A stretch of DNA of 11,238 bases from assembly GCA_036351155.1 (NCBI GenBank), contig JAZBOO010000060.1, positions 1 to 11,238 on the forward strand, in the 5' to 3' direction. The position numbers and the translations under genes are program-made. Shown here piece by piece: positions 1-7,928 of the stretch (within the stretch, counting starts at the first letter, position 1; the number at the start of each line of letters is the position of its first letter). The notes beneath the pieces were generated by a model. The model saw only the letters and a list, made by a program, of their open reading frames with translations. It did not search any database and was not told the origin of the DNA. Source of the stretch: Candidatus Krumholzibacteriia bacterium. Lineage in GTDB: Bacteria > Krumholzibacteriota > Krumholzibacteriia > LZORAL124-64-63.

Positions 1-3000
1 AGCGTGAACGTGCGCGCCGTCAACGCCGATGGCTCCACCGACGTGAACGCCAACTTCATTCACGCCCAGCTGCAAAGCCCGGATGTGGCCGCGGTGTTGC
101 CGGGTTCTCACTACCTGTCCGGTGGTGAGTTCCAGTTCGACAACGTGCGCTTCCTGGCCGACGGCCAGCCCGTGCGCTTGCGCGTGGTCGATGCGGATGA
201 CGGCTCGGTGCCCGCGGCCGAGGTCGAGATCAATTGCTACAACTACGTGCATCATTTCGATCTGACGGTGCCCGGCGGCAACAAGTATGTGGACCAGTCG
301 GTGAACATCACCCTGACCGCCCGCGACGCGGCCGGTGTGGCGGTGCTGAATTTCCGCGACGACCTGGTGCTGGACGCCCTGGTGGGACACTTCCCCACCG
401 GCCCGACCATGAACGTGAGCGGCCTCGATTTCAACAACGGCGTGGCCACCGTGCCGGTGACCTTCTGGGGCACCGATCCGGTGACGCGCGAGAACGTGCT
501 GACCGCCGTGAACACCGTGACCTACCCGGGGCAGGGAATGCCGGCCCAGGGTAACGCCACCATCACGCCCTTGCTGCCCGGCTCCCTGGCCACCGTGGTC
601 CTGCTGCTGCCCGGCGAAACCTTGACCCCCGGCGTCAGCCCCGGCAAGAGCGGCACGCCCAGCAGTCAAACATCCAGCCAGAACTTCGGCGGCATTTCCG
701 TGTACGCCACCGATCAGCGCTGGAACCCGGTGGACAGCGGCTCGCTGCCCAACCTGACCTGGAACAGTGACGATCCCAGCGGCGGCGTGGTGCTGCCCGC
801 GGGTGGAGCCATGGGGGGCAACCCCGAGTCGGCCCTTTCGGCCACGCTGGTGCGTTCGGGCACCACGCGGGTCACGGTCAATGCCTCGGGCGCCGTGTCG
901 GCCAGCAGTCGCAGTGATGTTGTCATCAATCCCCAGGGCTTGCATCACTTCGAGTTCGACACCGGTGTGTGGAACCCGGCCGACCCGCAGGTCACGACCA
1001 TTCCCTTCAACATTCGCATCATCGCCCGTGACGGGGCCAACAACGTGTTCCCCTTGAACGGTGCCGTGAGTCTGCGCGGGCGCATTGGCGCGGCCGACGA
1101 GAGTGCCGACTACATCATCACCAACAACTCCACCTTCGTGAACGGTCAGCTGGACGCGCTGGTGCAGGTCACCAAGCGCGGCTTCAGCGCCTACCTGATC
1201 GTCGATTCCGGCGTGGTGGGCGAGTCGGCGGCCTTCCAGGTGAATTCCGGTCCCTGCGAGAAGATCCTGATGAGCTTCCCCGGCGAAAGCTGGGTCAACG
1301 GCCTGAACGATCCGGCCTTCAGCGGCAACCAGGGCATTCCCAATCCCGTGACCGCGGGCGATATCATCAACAGCATGGAAATCCGCCCGGTGGACCGTTA
1401 CAACAACCTGGCGCCCGGCACCCGGAACGTGACCTTCAGCTGCCCCAGCGGCTGGTTCGAGCTGCCCGATTATCCCGGCAACGTCATGACCATCGACAAT
1501 GCCACCAGCACCCGCGTGGTGCTGCGTTCGGCCGACCAGCTGCAGTACCTGCAGGCCGAGTCCAGCGGCATCAATGCCAACCTGTCCAGTGCGATTCAGG
1601 TGTCGCCTGATACCTACGCGCGCATGGTGGTCGAGGCTCCGGGCGAGACTCTCGATCCCGGCATTTTCGACAGCGTGCAGGACGACGGCAAGATCGGTGA
1701 CCCTTCGGTCCAGGACGCCGGCGTGCCTTTCGACGTGCGGGTTTACGCCACGGATGCCTACTGGAATCCCATCGGCAATCAGGATCCCGCCCTGCCGGTG
1801 AACATGAACTTCAGCAGCAGTGACGGCGCGGCCGTCCTGCCCGGCAATCCCCAGAGCATCAGCGACAACCAGGGCGATTTTCAGATCACCCTGATCACCC
1901 TGGCCGACCCCAACCACCAGACGGTGCAGGTGGACGACCTGGGCAGCGCCGTGAGCGCCTTTGCGGCCATTCCGGTCAAGGCCGGCGTGATCGACCACTT
2001 CGACATCGGCATCAACAGCCGCACCAACCCCACGCCCGCGGACGTGCTGAGCGACATCCCCAACCACCGGGCCGGCTCCTTGCTGCCCAACGTGACGGTG
2101 ATAGCCCGCGACGAGTTCGGCAACCACGTGAACGACTATGCCGAGCAGGTGTCGCTGTACGTGAACCACGGCACCAACATCTTGACGCCGTTGACGGTGG
2201 ACATGGGTGCCGGTCTGGGCAGCGGCAGCTACCAGGGCGCCTGGCGCGGTCCCATCCAGATCACCCGCACGGGTGAAGATGTGCGTCTGTTTGTCCGGGA
2301 AAACACCTACGCCAACACCGACAGCAGCAACACCTTCGACGTGTTTGCCGAAGCTCAGGACTACGTGGACCTGGTGGTCTTGCTGCCGGGCGAAACCCAC
2401 ACGCCGGGTATTGCGCCGGGCAAGGTGGGTGACCCATTGCCCGTGGCCGCCGGTAACCCGGTCGTGGCCACGGTCATCGCCACGGACGCCTACTGGAACC
2501 AGGTGCCGGTGCAGCCTCAGGTGCATTTCCAGAGCGACAACTTCTTCCAGATGATCACGCCCAACGACTCGACTCTGGACCCCGACGGCACGGCCCAGTT
2601 CGACCTGTTCTTCAAGGCGGCCACCGCCCACAATCTGCAGGTTTCCGATCTGATCGAGCCGACCTATTCCGATATCAGCGCCATCAACGTGACCCCGGGC
2701 GCCTTCAATCGCCTGATGGTCCTGCTGCCCGGCGAGGCCGCGCAGCCTGGCGGCCCCGAGCCCGACGGCAAGACCGGCACGCCCATTCCGCAGACCGCCA
2801 GTCTGGAATTCGACGTGACCGTGCGCGCGGTGGATCAATTCTGGAACCAGATCAACAACAGCAGCGAGCACGTGTGGATAGCCAGCGACGACGATTCGTT
2901 GACCCCGACCAACCCGCTGAACAACGGACAGTCGCTGGTGGCGGGCGAATTGATCCTGCCCCTGTTCCTGACCTCGACCGGGTTCGTGACCCTGGCCGGT

Positions 3001-6000
3001 TCGGCCCTGGACAACACGGACATCACCGGCCAGCAGGTGGCGGTCCAGATCCAGCAGGGTGCTACTTACCACATCTCGACCCCGGCCACGGCCCAGGTGG
3101 GCCCGCCGCAGACCTTCAGCTTCGATGTGCAGCTGGTGGACGAGAACGGCGACCCCATGCCCACGGCCAACAACTGGTTCAACGTCCAGGCCCTGCGCAG
3201 CAACCTGGAGCCGGCCAGCAGCACCTTGCTGATCACCAGCGGTCAGCTTTCCAGCGGTTCGGTCACCATCAGCGGCCAGGCGTACGACACGGTGGAAGAT
3301 ATCGTGCTGTGGATCACCGACACCGCCGGCCGCAGCAGCTACAGCTCCACCATCACCATGCAGCCCAACGGGCTGGAGTACCTGGTGACCATGAATGCGG
3401 CCCAGCCTCCGAAGGTGGGTCCGCCGGCCACGTTCCCCATCTCGGTGGTGCTGCGTGACGTCGACACCCATACCGTGGTCGATCAGGACCGGCGCCTGGA
3501 CGTCCAGGTCATGTCCTCACTGGGCGGCGTTGGACTGGGCAGTGTGGGGACGGTAAGTCAGCGCCTGGATCACGGCGTGATCAGCTTCCAGCAATCTTAC
3601 ACGCGCGCCGAGAACATCTACGTGACGGTGACCGACACCACCGGTCTGAGTGGATCAAGCCCCGTGTTTGCCATCGGCGCCGACGGCTACAAGCGTTTGC
3701 AGATCGTGGCGCCCGGTGAAGTGGTCGAAGCCGGTATTCCCGCCTTCGAGGCCTCGGGCAAGAGCGGCTCGCCCCAGGTGCAGCGCTCCAGCCAGCTGTT
3801 CCCCATGACCGTGCGCGCGGTGGACCAGTACTGGAACCTGGCCGACACCACCAACGTGGGTCAGCTGCGGTTGGTGGCCAGCGACAACAGCTTTGCCAAC
3901 CCGGGCAATCCCCAGGAAAACTACGTGCCGTTCGTCAACGGACGCCGCACGTTCAACGGCTTCCTGACCGACGAGGGCACGGTGACCGTCACCGTGTATG
4001 ACGAAGAAAACCTGGATCGGCCCAGCCAGTCCAGTCACATCCCCGTGGATCCGCCCTACGAATACGAGATCACCGTTCCGGCCACCGCCTCGACCGGCCC
4101 CGTGCCCGGCTTCCAGGTCACGGTGAAGCTGATCGATCCGGTGACCGGCAACGTGGTCCCCACCGCCATGAACCGCTTCGAGCTGACCCCGCTGCAGCCC
4201 AACCACGGCGCGGCCGGGGGCAGCCTGGGGATCACCGAATCCCAGCTGGTCGGCGGCGTGTCGGTGCTCAACGCGCAGAGCTACAGCACCGTCGAGGATA
4301 TCATCATCCGGGTCAGCGACGATTTCGGTCGCGAGGCCTTCAGCTCGGTCATCGAAATGGGCAGCGGCGGCCTGTACTTCGCCGTGACCATTCCCGACAC
4401 CGCGGTCGTGGGTCCGCCCGAAACTTTCCCCCTGACGGTGGAGCTGCTGGACAGCAACACCGGGCAACGGGTGACGACCCAGGACCGCCGGTTCGACATC
4501 ACCGTCATGAGTGCCCAGACCGGCCTGGAAGGCGCGGGAGCCGTGCAGGTCACCCAGGGCATCCTGACCGGTGGGTTCAAGACCATCTACCAGGCCTACA
4601 GCCGGGCCGAGGACATCTTCGTCGAGGTGTCCGATACCACGGGCATCGTGGGCATCAGCAACACCTGCCGCATGCTGGCCGATGGTTTCAAGCGGATCCA
4701 GATCGTGGCGCCGGGTGAAACGCCGGCTCCCGGATCCCTGACCGGTGACGGCAAGCTGGGCGATCCCTTGACCCAGCAGGCCGAGGCGCCGTTCACCATC
4801 TCGATCCTGGCCGTGGACCAGTACTGGAACGTGGTCAACAGCGTGTCCGGCGGCACCATCAACCTGAGCAGTTCCGGCGGTCAGCTGGACCTGGTCGATC
4901 CCGGTGATCTGGGCGCGCCGTTCGTCAACGGGGCCCGGGACCTGGAAATCGTGCTGGGCAATCCTGGTCTGGTGTCGGTGTTCGCCACCGATCCGGGCCA
5001 TGCCGACGTGGGCACCGGCCGGGTGGATATTCCCATCAATGAGGCCGAGTACCGCATCGTCCTGCCCGACCCTGCCGTGGTGACTGCCGGTCCGCCGGCC
5101 ACCTTCCCGCTGACCGTGCGCCTGGTCAATCCGTTGACCGGCGAGCGTCTGAACGCGGGCGGAGCCTTCACCATGACCGCCCTGCTGCCCGACCGTTCGG
5201 CGGCCCATGACACCCTGGGGATCATCTCCGGGACCCTGGTGGGCGGCGAAGCGGTGATCAGCGGTCAGCACTACGCGACCAGCGAGCAGATCGTCATCCG
5301 CATTCGCGACCCCCGTGGCCGCGAAGCCTTCAGCGACGTGTTGACCGTGGTGCCCGAAGGCGTGCGCTACGCTCTGACCGTGCCTGATACCGTGCGCGCC
5401 GGCATGCCCTTCGAGATGTCCGTGGAGCGTGTGGATATCGTCACCGGCCAGCTGGTGACCAGCGATGACCGCAACTTCAGCCTGCGGGCGTTCAGCGGCA
5501 ACTCGCCGCGTCCGGACTGGAACCTGACGCCGGCCGGCGTGCTGGCCGACACCGTGGGGACCACCAACGGCGGTACACGGGTCTTCATGTCCCAGAGTTA
5601 CAACCGCGCCGAGACCATCTACCTGCAGGTCTTCGACCAGACGGGTGAAGAGGCCTTCAGCGACGTGATCGTGGTGCTTCCTGCTCCGGCGGCCGTCTTG
5701 AGCCTGTGGGCCGAGGCCGTCCCGGGTATCGAGCTGGATCGCGCGCTGCGTCCGGGTGAATCGGTGCAGCTGCACATGCGGGCCACCGACCAGTCGGGCA
5801 ACCCGGTGCAGAACTCGGTGCTGCAGGTCGAGGTCATCGACGGCGATGGCGACCTGGGCAGCACCGGTATGCGCTCCTACTCGGCGGTTTCGGACCTCAA
5901 TGGTCATGCCAGCGTGGAAATGGGCGTGACCGTTTACGGGACCGAGGACATCAGGGTGCAGGGCATCAGCGGCGATCTGCTGTCCGATGTGCTGCTCTTG

Positions 6001-6612
6001 CCCGTCATCGGGCCTCCGATCACCAATCTGCATTTCGATCCGGCGGTCAGTCCGTTCCGTGACGGGTACTACGTCACGCCGGGGACGCGGATCGTGCTGA
6101 CGGCAACCACCGAGGACCAGGGCGGCATCCAGGGCATCTTCGCCGACGTCGATGTCATTGATCCGCCGCGTCCGGTGAGTGTCTACACGGGCGATTTCTC
6201 CCTGGCCGATCTGGGCCCGGAATACATGACCCCCGGCACCCACGTGCTGCGCTTCTACGCCGAGGAAACCAGCGGCGTGACCGGTTCGGTCCAGACCGTG
6301 ACCCTTTACACGGCCACGGACATGGACACCGACCGTGAAATCACCAACCGGCCCAACCCGTTCAATCCGCGGGACGGCGCCACCATGATCATGTTCCGCC
6401 CGAACCAGACCGGGGTGGTCAACTTGACCCTCTACGATCTGTACGGGGACGTGGTTTACAGCGACCAGATCGATGTCTCGGCCGGGGAACTCGTCCAGTA
6501 CCCATGGCAGGGCGTCAACGGGAACGGGCGGGTGGTGGCCAACGGCGGCTACATCTGCCGGATACACGGCAGCGGCCTCGACCTTCGCCGGAAGATCGGG
6601 GTGGTGAAGTGA
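1..6612 (+). CDS. Giant repetitive secreted/surface protein (tandem Ig-like modules, Big_1-like domain, C-terminal FlgD-Ig/T9SS sorting-like domain); 5'-truncated by the window
   Basis: Frame +1 is open from base 1 to TGA 6610-6612 with strong G/C bias at third codon positions. There is no signal peptide at the ORF start, and residues 1-80 resemble the second half of an internal repeat (V.VRAV...S.D.AAVLPG), so the true start is upstream. The protein is T/V/G/P/D-rich, Lys-poor and beta-strand patterned, and ends with a PNPFNP...KIGVVK domain. Confidence 0.93.
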   Translation, partial: SVNVRAVNADGSTDVNANFIHAQLQSPDVAAVLPGSHYLSGGEFQFDNVRFLADGQPVRLRVVDADDGSVPAAEVEINCYNYVHHFDLTVPGGNKYVDQSVNITLTARDAAGVAVLNFRDDLVLDALVGHFPTGPTMNVSGLDFNNGVATVPVTFWGTDPVTRENVLTAVNTVTYPGQGMPAQGNATITPLLPGSLATVVLLLPGETLTPGVSPGKSGTPSSQTSSQNFGGISVYATDQRWNPVDSGSLPNLTWNSDDPSGGVVLPAGGAMGGNPESALSATLVRSGTTRVTVNASGAVSASSRSDVVINPQGLHHFEFDTGVWNPADPQVTTIPFNIRIIARDGANNVFPLNGAVSLRGRIGAADESADYIITNNSTFVNGQLDALVQVTKRGFSAYLIVDSGVVGESAAFQVNSGPCEKILMSFPGESWVNGLNDPAFSGNQGIPNPVTAGDIINSMEIRPVDRYNNLAPGTRNVTFSCPSGWFELPDYPGNVMTIDNATSTRVVLRSADQLQYLQAESSGINANLSSAIQVSPDTYARMVVEAPGETLDPGIFDSVQDDGKIGDPSVQDAGVPFDVRVYATDAYWNPIGNQDPALPVNMNFSSSDGAAVLPGNPQSISDNQGDFQITLITLADPNHQTVQVDDLGSAVSAFAAIPVKAGVIDHFDIGINSRTNPTPADVLSDIPNHRAGSLLPNVTVIARDEFGNHVNDYAEQVSLYVNHGTNILTPLTVDMGAGLGSGSYQGAWRGPIQITRTGEDVRLFVRENTYANTDSSNTFDVFAEAQDYVDLVVLLPGETHTPGIAPGKVGDPLPVAAGNPVVATVIATDAYWNQVPVQPQVHFQSDNFFQMITPNDSTLDPDGTAQFDLFFKAATAHNLQVSDLIEPTYSDISAINVTPGAFNRLMVLLPGEAAQPGGPEPDGKTGTPIPQTASLEFDVTVRAVDQFWNQINNSSEHVWIASDDDSLTPTNPLNNGQSLVAGELILPLFLTSTGFVTLAGSALDNTDITGQQVAVQIQQGATYHISTPATAQVGPPQTFSFDVQLVDENGDPMPTANNWFNVQALRSNLEPASSTLLITSGQLSSGSVTISGQAYDTVEDIVLWITDTAGRSSYSSTITMQPNGLEYLVTMNAAQPPKVGPPATFPISVVLRDVDTHTVVDQDRRLDVQVMSSLGGVGLGSVGTVSQRLDHGVISFQQSYTRAENIYVTVTDTTGLSGSSPVFAIGADGYKRLQIVAPGEVVEAGIPAFEASGKSGSPQVQRSSQLFPMTVRAVDQYWNLADTTNVGQLRLVASDNSFANPGNPQENYVPFVNGRRTFNGFLTDEGTVTVTVYDEENLDRPSQSSHIPVDPPYEYEITVPATASTGPVPGFQVTVKLIDPVTGNVVPTAMNRFELTPLQPNHGAAGGSLGITESQLVGGVSVLNAQSYSTVEDIIIRVSDDFGREAFSSVIEMGSGGLYFAVTIPDTAVVGPPETFPLTVELLDSNTGQRVTTQDRRFDITVMSAQTGLEGAGAVQVTQGILTGGFKTIYQAYSRAEDIFVEVSDTTGIVGISNTCRMLADGFKRIQIVAPGETPAPGSLTGDGKLGDPLTQQAEAPFTISILAVDQYWNVVNSVSGGTINLSSSGGQLDLVDPGDLGAPFVNGARDLEIVLGNPGLVSVFATDPGHADVGTGRVDIPINEAEYRIVLPDPAVVTAGPPATFPLTVRLVNPLTGERLNAGGAFTMTALLPDRSAAHDTLGIISGTLVGGEAVISGQHYATSEQIVIRIRDPRGREAFSDVLTVVPEGVRYALTVPDTVRAGMPFEMSVERVDIVTGQLVTSDDRNFSLRAFSGNSPRPDWNLTPAGVLADTVGTTNGGTRVFMSQSYNRAETIYLQVFDQTGEEAFSDVIVVLPAPAAVLSLWAEAVPGIELDRALRPGESVQLHMRATDQSGNPVQNSVLQVEVIDGDGDLGSTGMRSYSAVSDLNGHASVEMGVTVYGTEDIRVQGISGDLLSDVLLLPVIGPPITNLHFDPAVSPFRDGYYVTPGTRIVLTATTEDQGGIQGIFADVDVIDPPRPVSVYTGDFSLADLGPEYMTPGTHVLRFYAEETSGVTGSVQTVTLYTATDMDTDREITNRPNPFNPRDGATMIMFRPNQTGVVNLTLYDLYGDVVYSDQIDVSAGELVQYPWQGVNGNGRVVANGGYICRIHGSGLDLRRKIGVVK
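247..2343 (+). repeat. Three copies of protein module C (hHF-x...T/I-x-ARD-x-G/N...F-x-NG)
   Basis: Copies start at 247 (VHHFDL...TLTARDAAG...FNNG), 940 (LHHFEF...IIARDGANN...FVNG) and 1990 (IDHFDI...TVIARDEFGN). Each precedes a module A. Confidence 0.75.
595..4830 (+). repeat. Seven copies of protein module A, motif (L/A)PGE-x-PG-x-GKxGxP-x-Q-x-V-x-AxDx(Y/F)WN
   Basis: Motif cores at about 595-726, 1261-1407 (divergent), 1621-1767, 2368-2499, 2710-2847, 3691-3837 and 4690-4830. Examples: LLLPGETLTPGVSPGKSGTP...ATDQRWN; VLLPGETHTPGIAPGKVGDP...ATDAYWN; IVAPGETPAPGSLTGDGKLGDP...AVDQYWN. Confidence 0.9.
3067..5688 (+). repeat. Six copies of a ~104-aa protein module B, in pairs inside a ~1-kb (A-B-B')x3 super-repeat
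   Basis: Copies start at 3067, 3379, 4063, 4375, 5050 and 5368, with consensus Y-x-(I/V)-x-P...GPP-x-TF...Q-x-Y-x3-E-x-I-x3-D-x2-G. Short exact DNA matches recur about 1 kb apart: tgaccgtgcgcgcggtgga at 2816 and 3806, gtggaccagtactggaac at 3820 and 4813, cagatcgtggcgcc at 3700 and 4699, gccgttcgtcaacgg at 3927 and 4917. Confidence 0.88.
5686..6010 (+). other. Bacterial Ig-like group 1 (Big_1, invasin/intimin-like) domain
   Basis: RATDQSGNPVQNSVLQVEVIDGDGDLG...SDLNGHASV matches the Big_1 pattern V-x-D-x2-GNPV...V-x2-GxGxL...TDxNGxAxV. Confidence 0.65.
6340..6609 (+). other. C-terminal FlgD-Ig / T9SS sorting-like domain (CTD)
   Basis: ITNRPNPFNP...TMIMF...VNLTLYDLYGDVV...WQGVNGNGRVVANGGYICRI...RRKIGVVK. 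It has the PNP(F), YDxxG, WxGxN/DxxGxxVxxGxY and terminal KxxxxK motifs typical of T9SS-type CTDs and FlgD_ig. Confidence 0.85.
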
Positions 6613-6613
6613 T

Positions 6614-6618
6614 GGAGA
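6614..6618 (+). promoter_or_regulatory. Probable ribosome-binding site for the PorV-family gene
   Basis: GGAGA lies 8 nt before ATG 6627, immediately after the upstream stop codon. Confidence 0.5.
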
Positions 6619-6626
6619 CCTCAACC

Positions 6627-7928
6627 ATGAAAACCAGCATGTATAAAATGACGCGACGCATCGGAACCGGGATCCTGGCGGCGGCCCTGTGCCTGACCGC
6701 CGGGATGACCCTGGCCGCCGATGACGGTGGTATCCCCGGGGGATTCCTGCGCTACGGCTCCAGTGCCCGCGGCCTTTCCCTGGGTAACGCGGTGACCGGT
6801 ACCGCCGATGACGCGGCGGTGGCCTACTGGAACCCCGCGGGTCTGGCTCAGCTGCGAACCATGGAGGCCACCGGTATGGGGGCCACCATGTTCAACGATA
6901 CCCGGTACAGCTTCTTCGCCCTGGGCTTGCCCACGGACAGCTGGGGCACCTTTGCCCTCAACGGCACCTTCACCACCAGCGGCGAGTACGAACGCGCCAC
7001 CTGGGACACCGACCTCGATGAAACCTTCAGCGAGAAGGAAAGCGTGGTATCCCTGGGCTGGGCCGGTTCTTACGGCCGTCTGGCTTACGGGGCGTCGCTC
7101 AAGTCGGTGAGCCAGGACATCGGCGGGGCCCGGGGCAGCAGCGCGGGTCTGGACGCGGGCATTTACTTCCGCCCTCACCGCCTGCTGAGCTTCGGTGCCG
7201 CCATCCAGAACCTGATGGCCCCGAAGATCACCCTGATCGATGAAGAGGAAGAGCTGGCGCGCAGCGTGCGTGCGGGTCTGGCTCTGCGCTTCTTCCAGAA
7301 CCGACTGATCATGTCCACCGACCTGGTCAAGACCAAGTGGATGGACACCAGTTTCCGGGCCGGCCTGGAAGCCTGGCCCACCCGGACCATCGCCCTGCGC
7401 GGCGGCTGGGACAGCGAACGCGAACACATGAGCGCGGGCGCCGGCTTCCGGTTGAACAACTGGCAGTTCGATTACGCCTACGTCAGCACCGATCTGGGTG
7501 CCCAGAACATCGTGTCGGCCACCCTGCGCTTCGGTGTGCCCTTCGGGGTCAAGGTGGACCGGGACAAGGCTCTGTTCAGTCCCAGCGGAACGGACAGGCA
7601 GGTCACCTTCAACATCGAAACCGCAGTGCGCGGCGAGATCGAATCCTGGCGCGTGGAGATCACCGACGAGCAGGGCAAGAATGTGCGCACCCTGTCCGGC
7701 AACGGCATGCCCCCCGAGGGCGTGGCCTGGGCCGGCGATGATGAAGACGGTCGCCTGGTGACCGACGGACGATACGAAGCCAGGGTGCTCATCACCGACA
7801 GCCTGGGTCAAGAATGGGATTATGCGACGGACGTGGAAGTGCTCGGGTTCAAGGACCGGACCCGCGTGCCCATCCGTGTCGAAATCAGCGGCTCGACGCC
7901 GAGTAACAGCGGGGGATCGGACAAATGA
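6627..7928 (+). CDS. PorV/PorQ-family (UPF0164, FadL-like) outer-membrane beta-barrel protein with C-terminal FlgD-Ig-like domain
   Basis: Signal peptide (MTRRIGTGILAAALCLTAGMTLA|ADD). Family signature FLRYGSSARGLSLGNAVTGTADDAAVAYWNPAGL at 6744-6845. Amphipathic beta strands end in FDYAY...SATLRF (7532), followed by an FSP...WAGDDEDGRLVTDGRY domain. Start placed at ATG 6627 because GGAGA lies at 6614-6618. ATG 6612 (overlapping the upstream TGA), 6639 and 6648 are alternatives. Confidence 0.88.
   Translation: MKTSMYKMTRRIGTGILAAALCLTAGMTLAADDGGIPGGFLRYGSSARGLSLGNAVTGTADDAAVAYWNPAGLAQLRTMEATGMGATMFNDTRYSFFALGLPTDSWGTFALNGTFTTSGEYERATWDTDLDETFSEKESVVSLGWAGSYGRLAYGASLKSVSQDIGGARGSSAGLDAGIYFRPHRLLSFGAAIQNLMAPKITLIDEEEELARSVRAGLALRFFQNRLIMSTDLVKTKWMDTSFRAGLEAWPTRTIALRGGWDSEREHMSAGAGFRLNNWQFDYAYVSTDLGAQNIVSATLRFGVPFGVKVDRDKALFSPSGTDRQVTFNIETAVRGEIESWRVEITDEQGKNVRTLSGNGMPPEGVAWAGDDEDGRLVTDGRYEARVLITDSLGQEWDYATDVEVLGFKDRTRVPIRVEISGSTPSNSGGSDK

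Noticed and set aside
4..6. GTG at 4 as the start of the giant gene
   Set aside because: The frame is open to the window edge, there is no signal peptide, and the sequence begins mid-repeat.
2816..4931. Short exact DNA repeats as a CRISPR array, DGR template/variable repeat or mobile-element ends
   Set aside because: They are in-frame remnants of protein domain duplications about 1 kb apart. There is no spacer structure, adenine-specific divergence, reverse transcriptase or transposase.
6504..6611. N-terminal extension of the barrel ORF from ATG 6504
   Set aside because: It overlaps the cargo's conserved CTD by over 100 nt and gives an Arg-rich off-frame-like peptide. The signal peptide and RBS fit a start at 6612-6648.
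3655..6624. 989-aa minus-strand ORF
   Set aside because: Antisense shadow of the GC3-biased giant gene. It has an H/G/R/V-rich composition and no recognisable motifs.
6340..7845. Flagellar hook-capping protein FlgD
   Set aside because: Only the generic FlgD-type Ig motif is present, as a C-terminal appendage. There is no FlgD N-terminal domain or flagellar operon context.
6627..7928. Assigning the symbol porV, porQ or fadL
   Set aside because: Only the family-level motif is evident, and the extra domain makes orthology uncertain.
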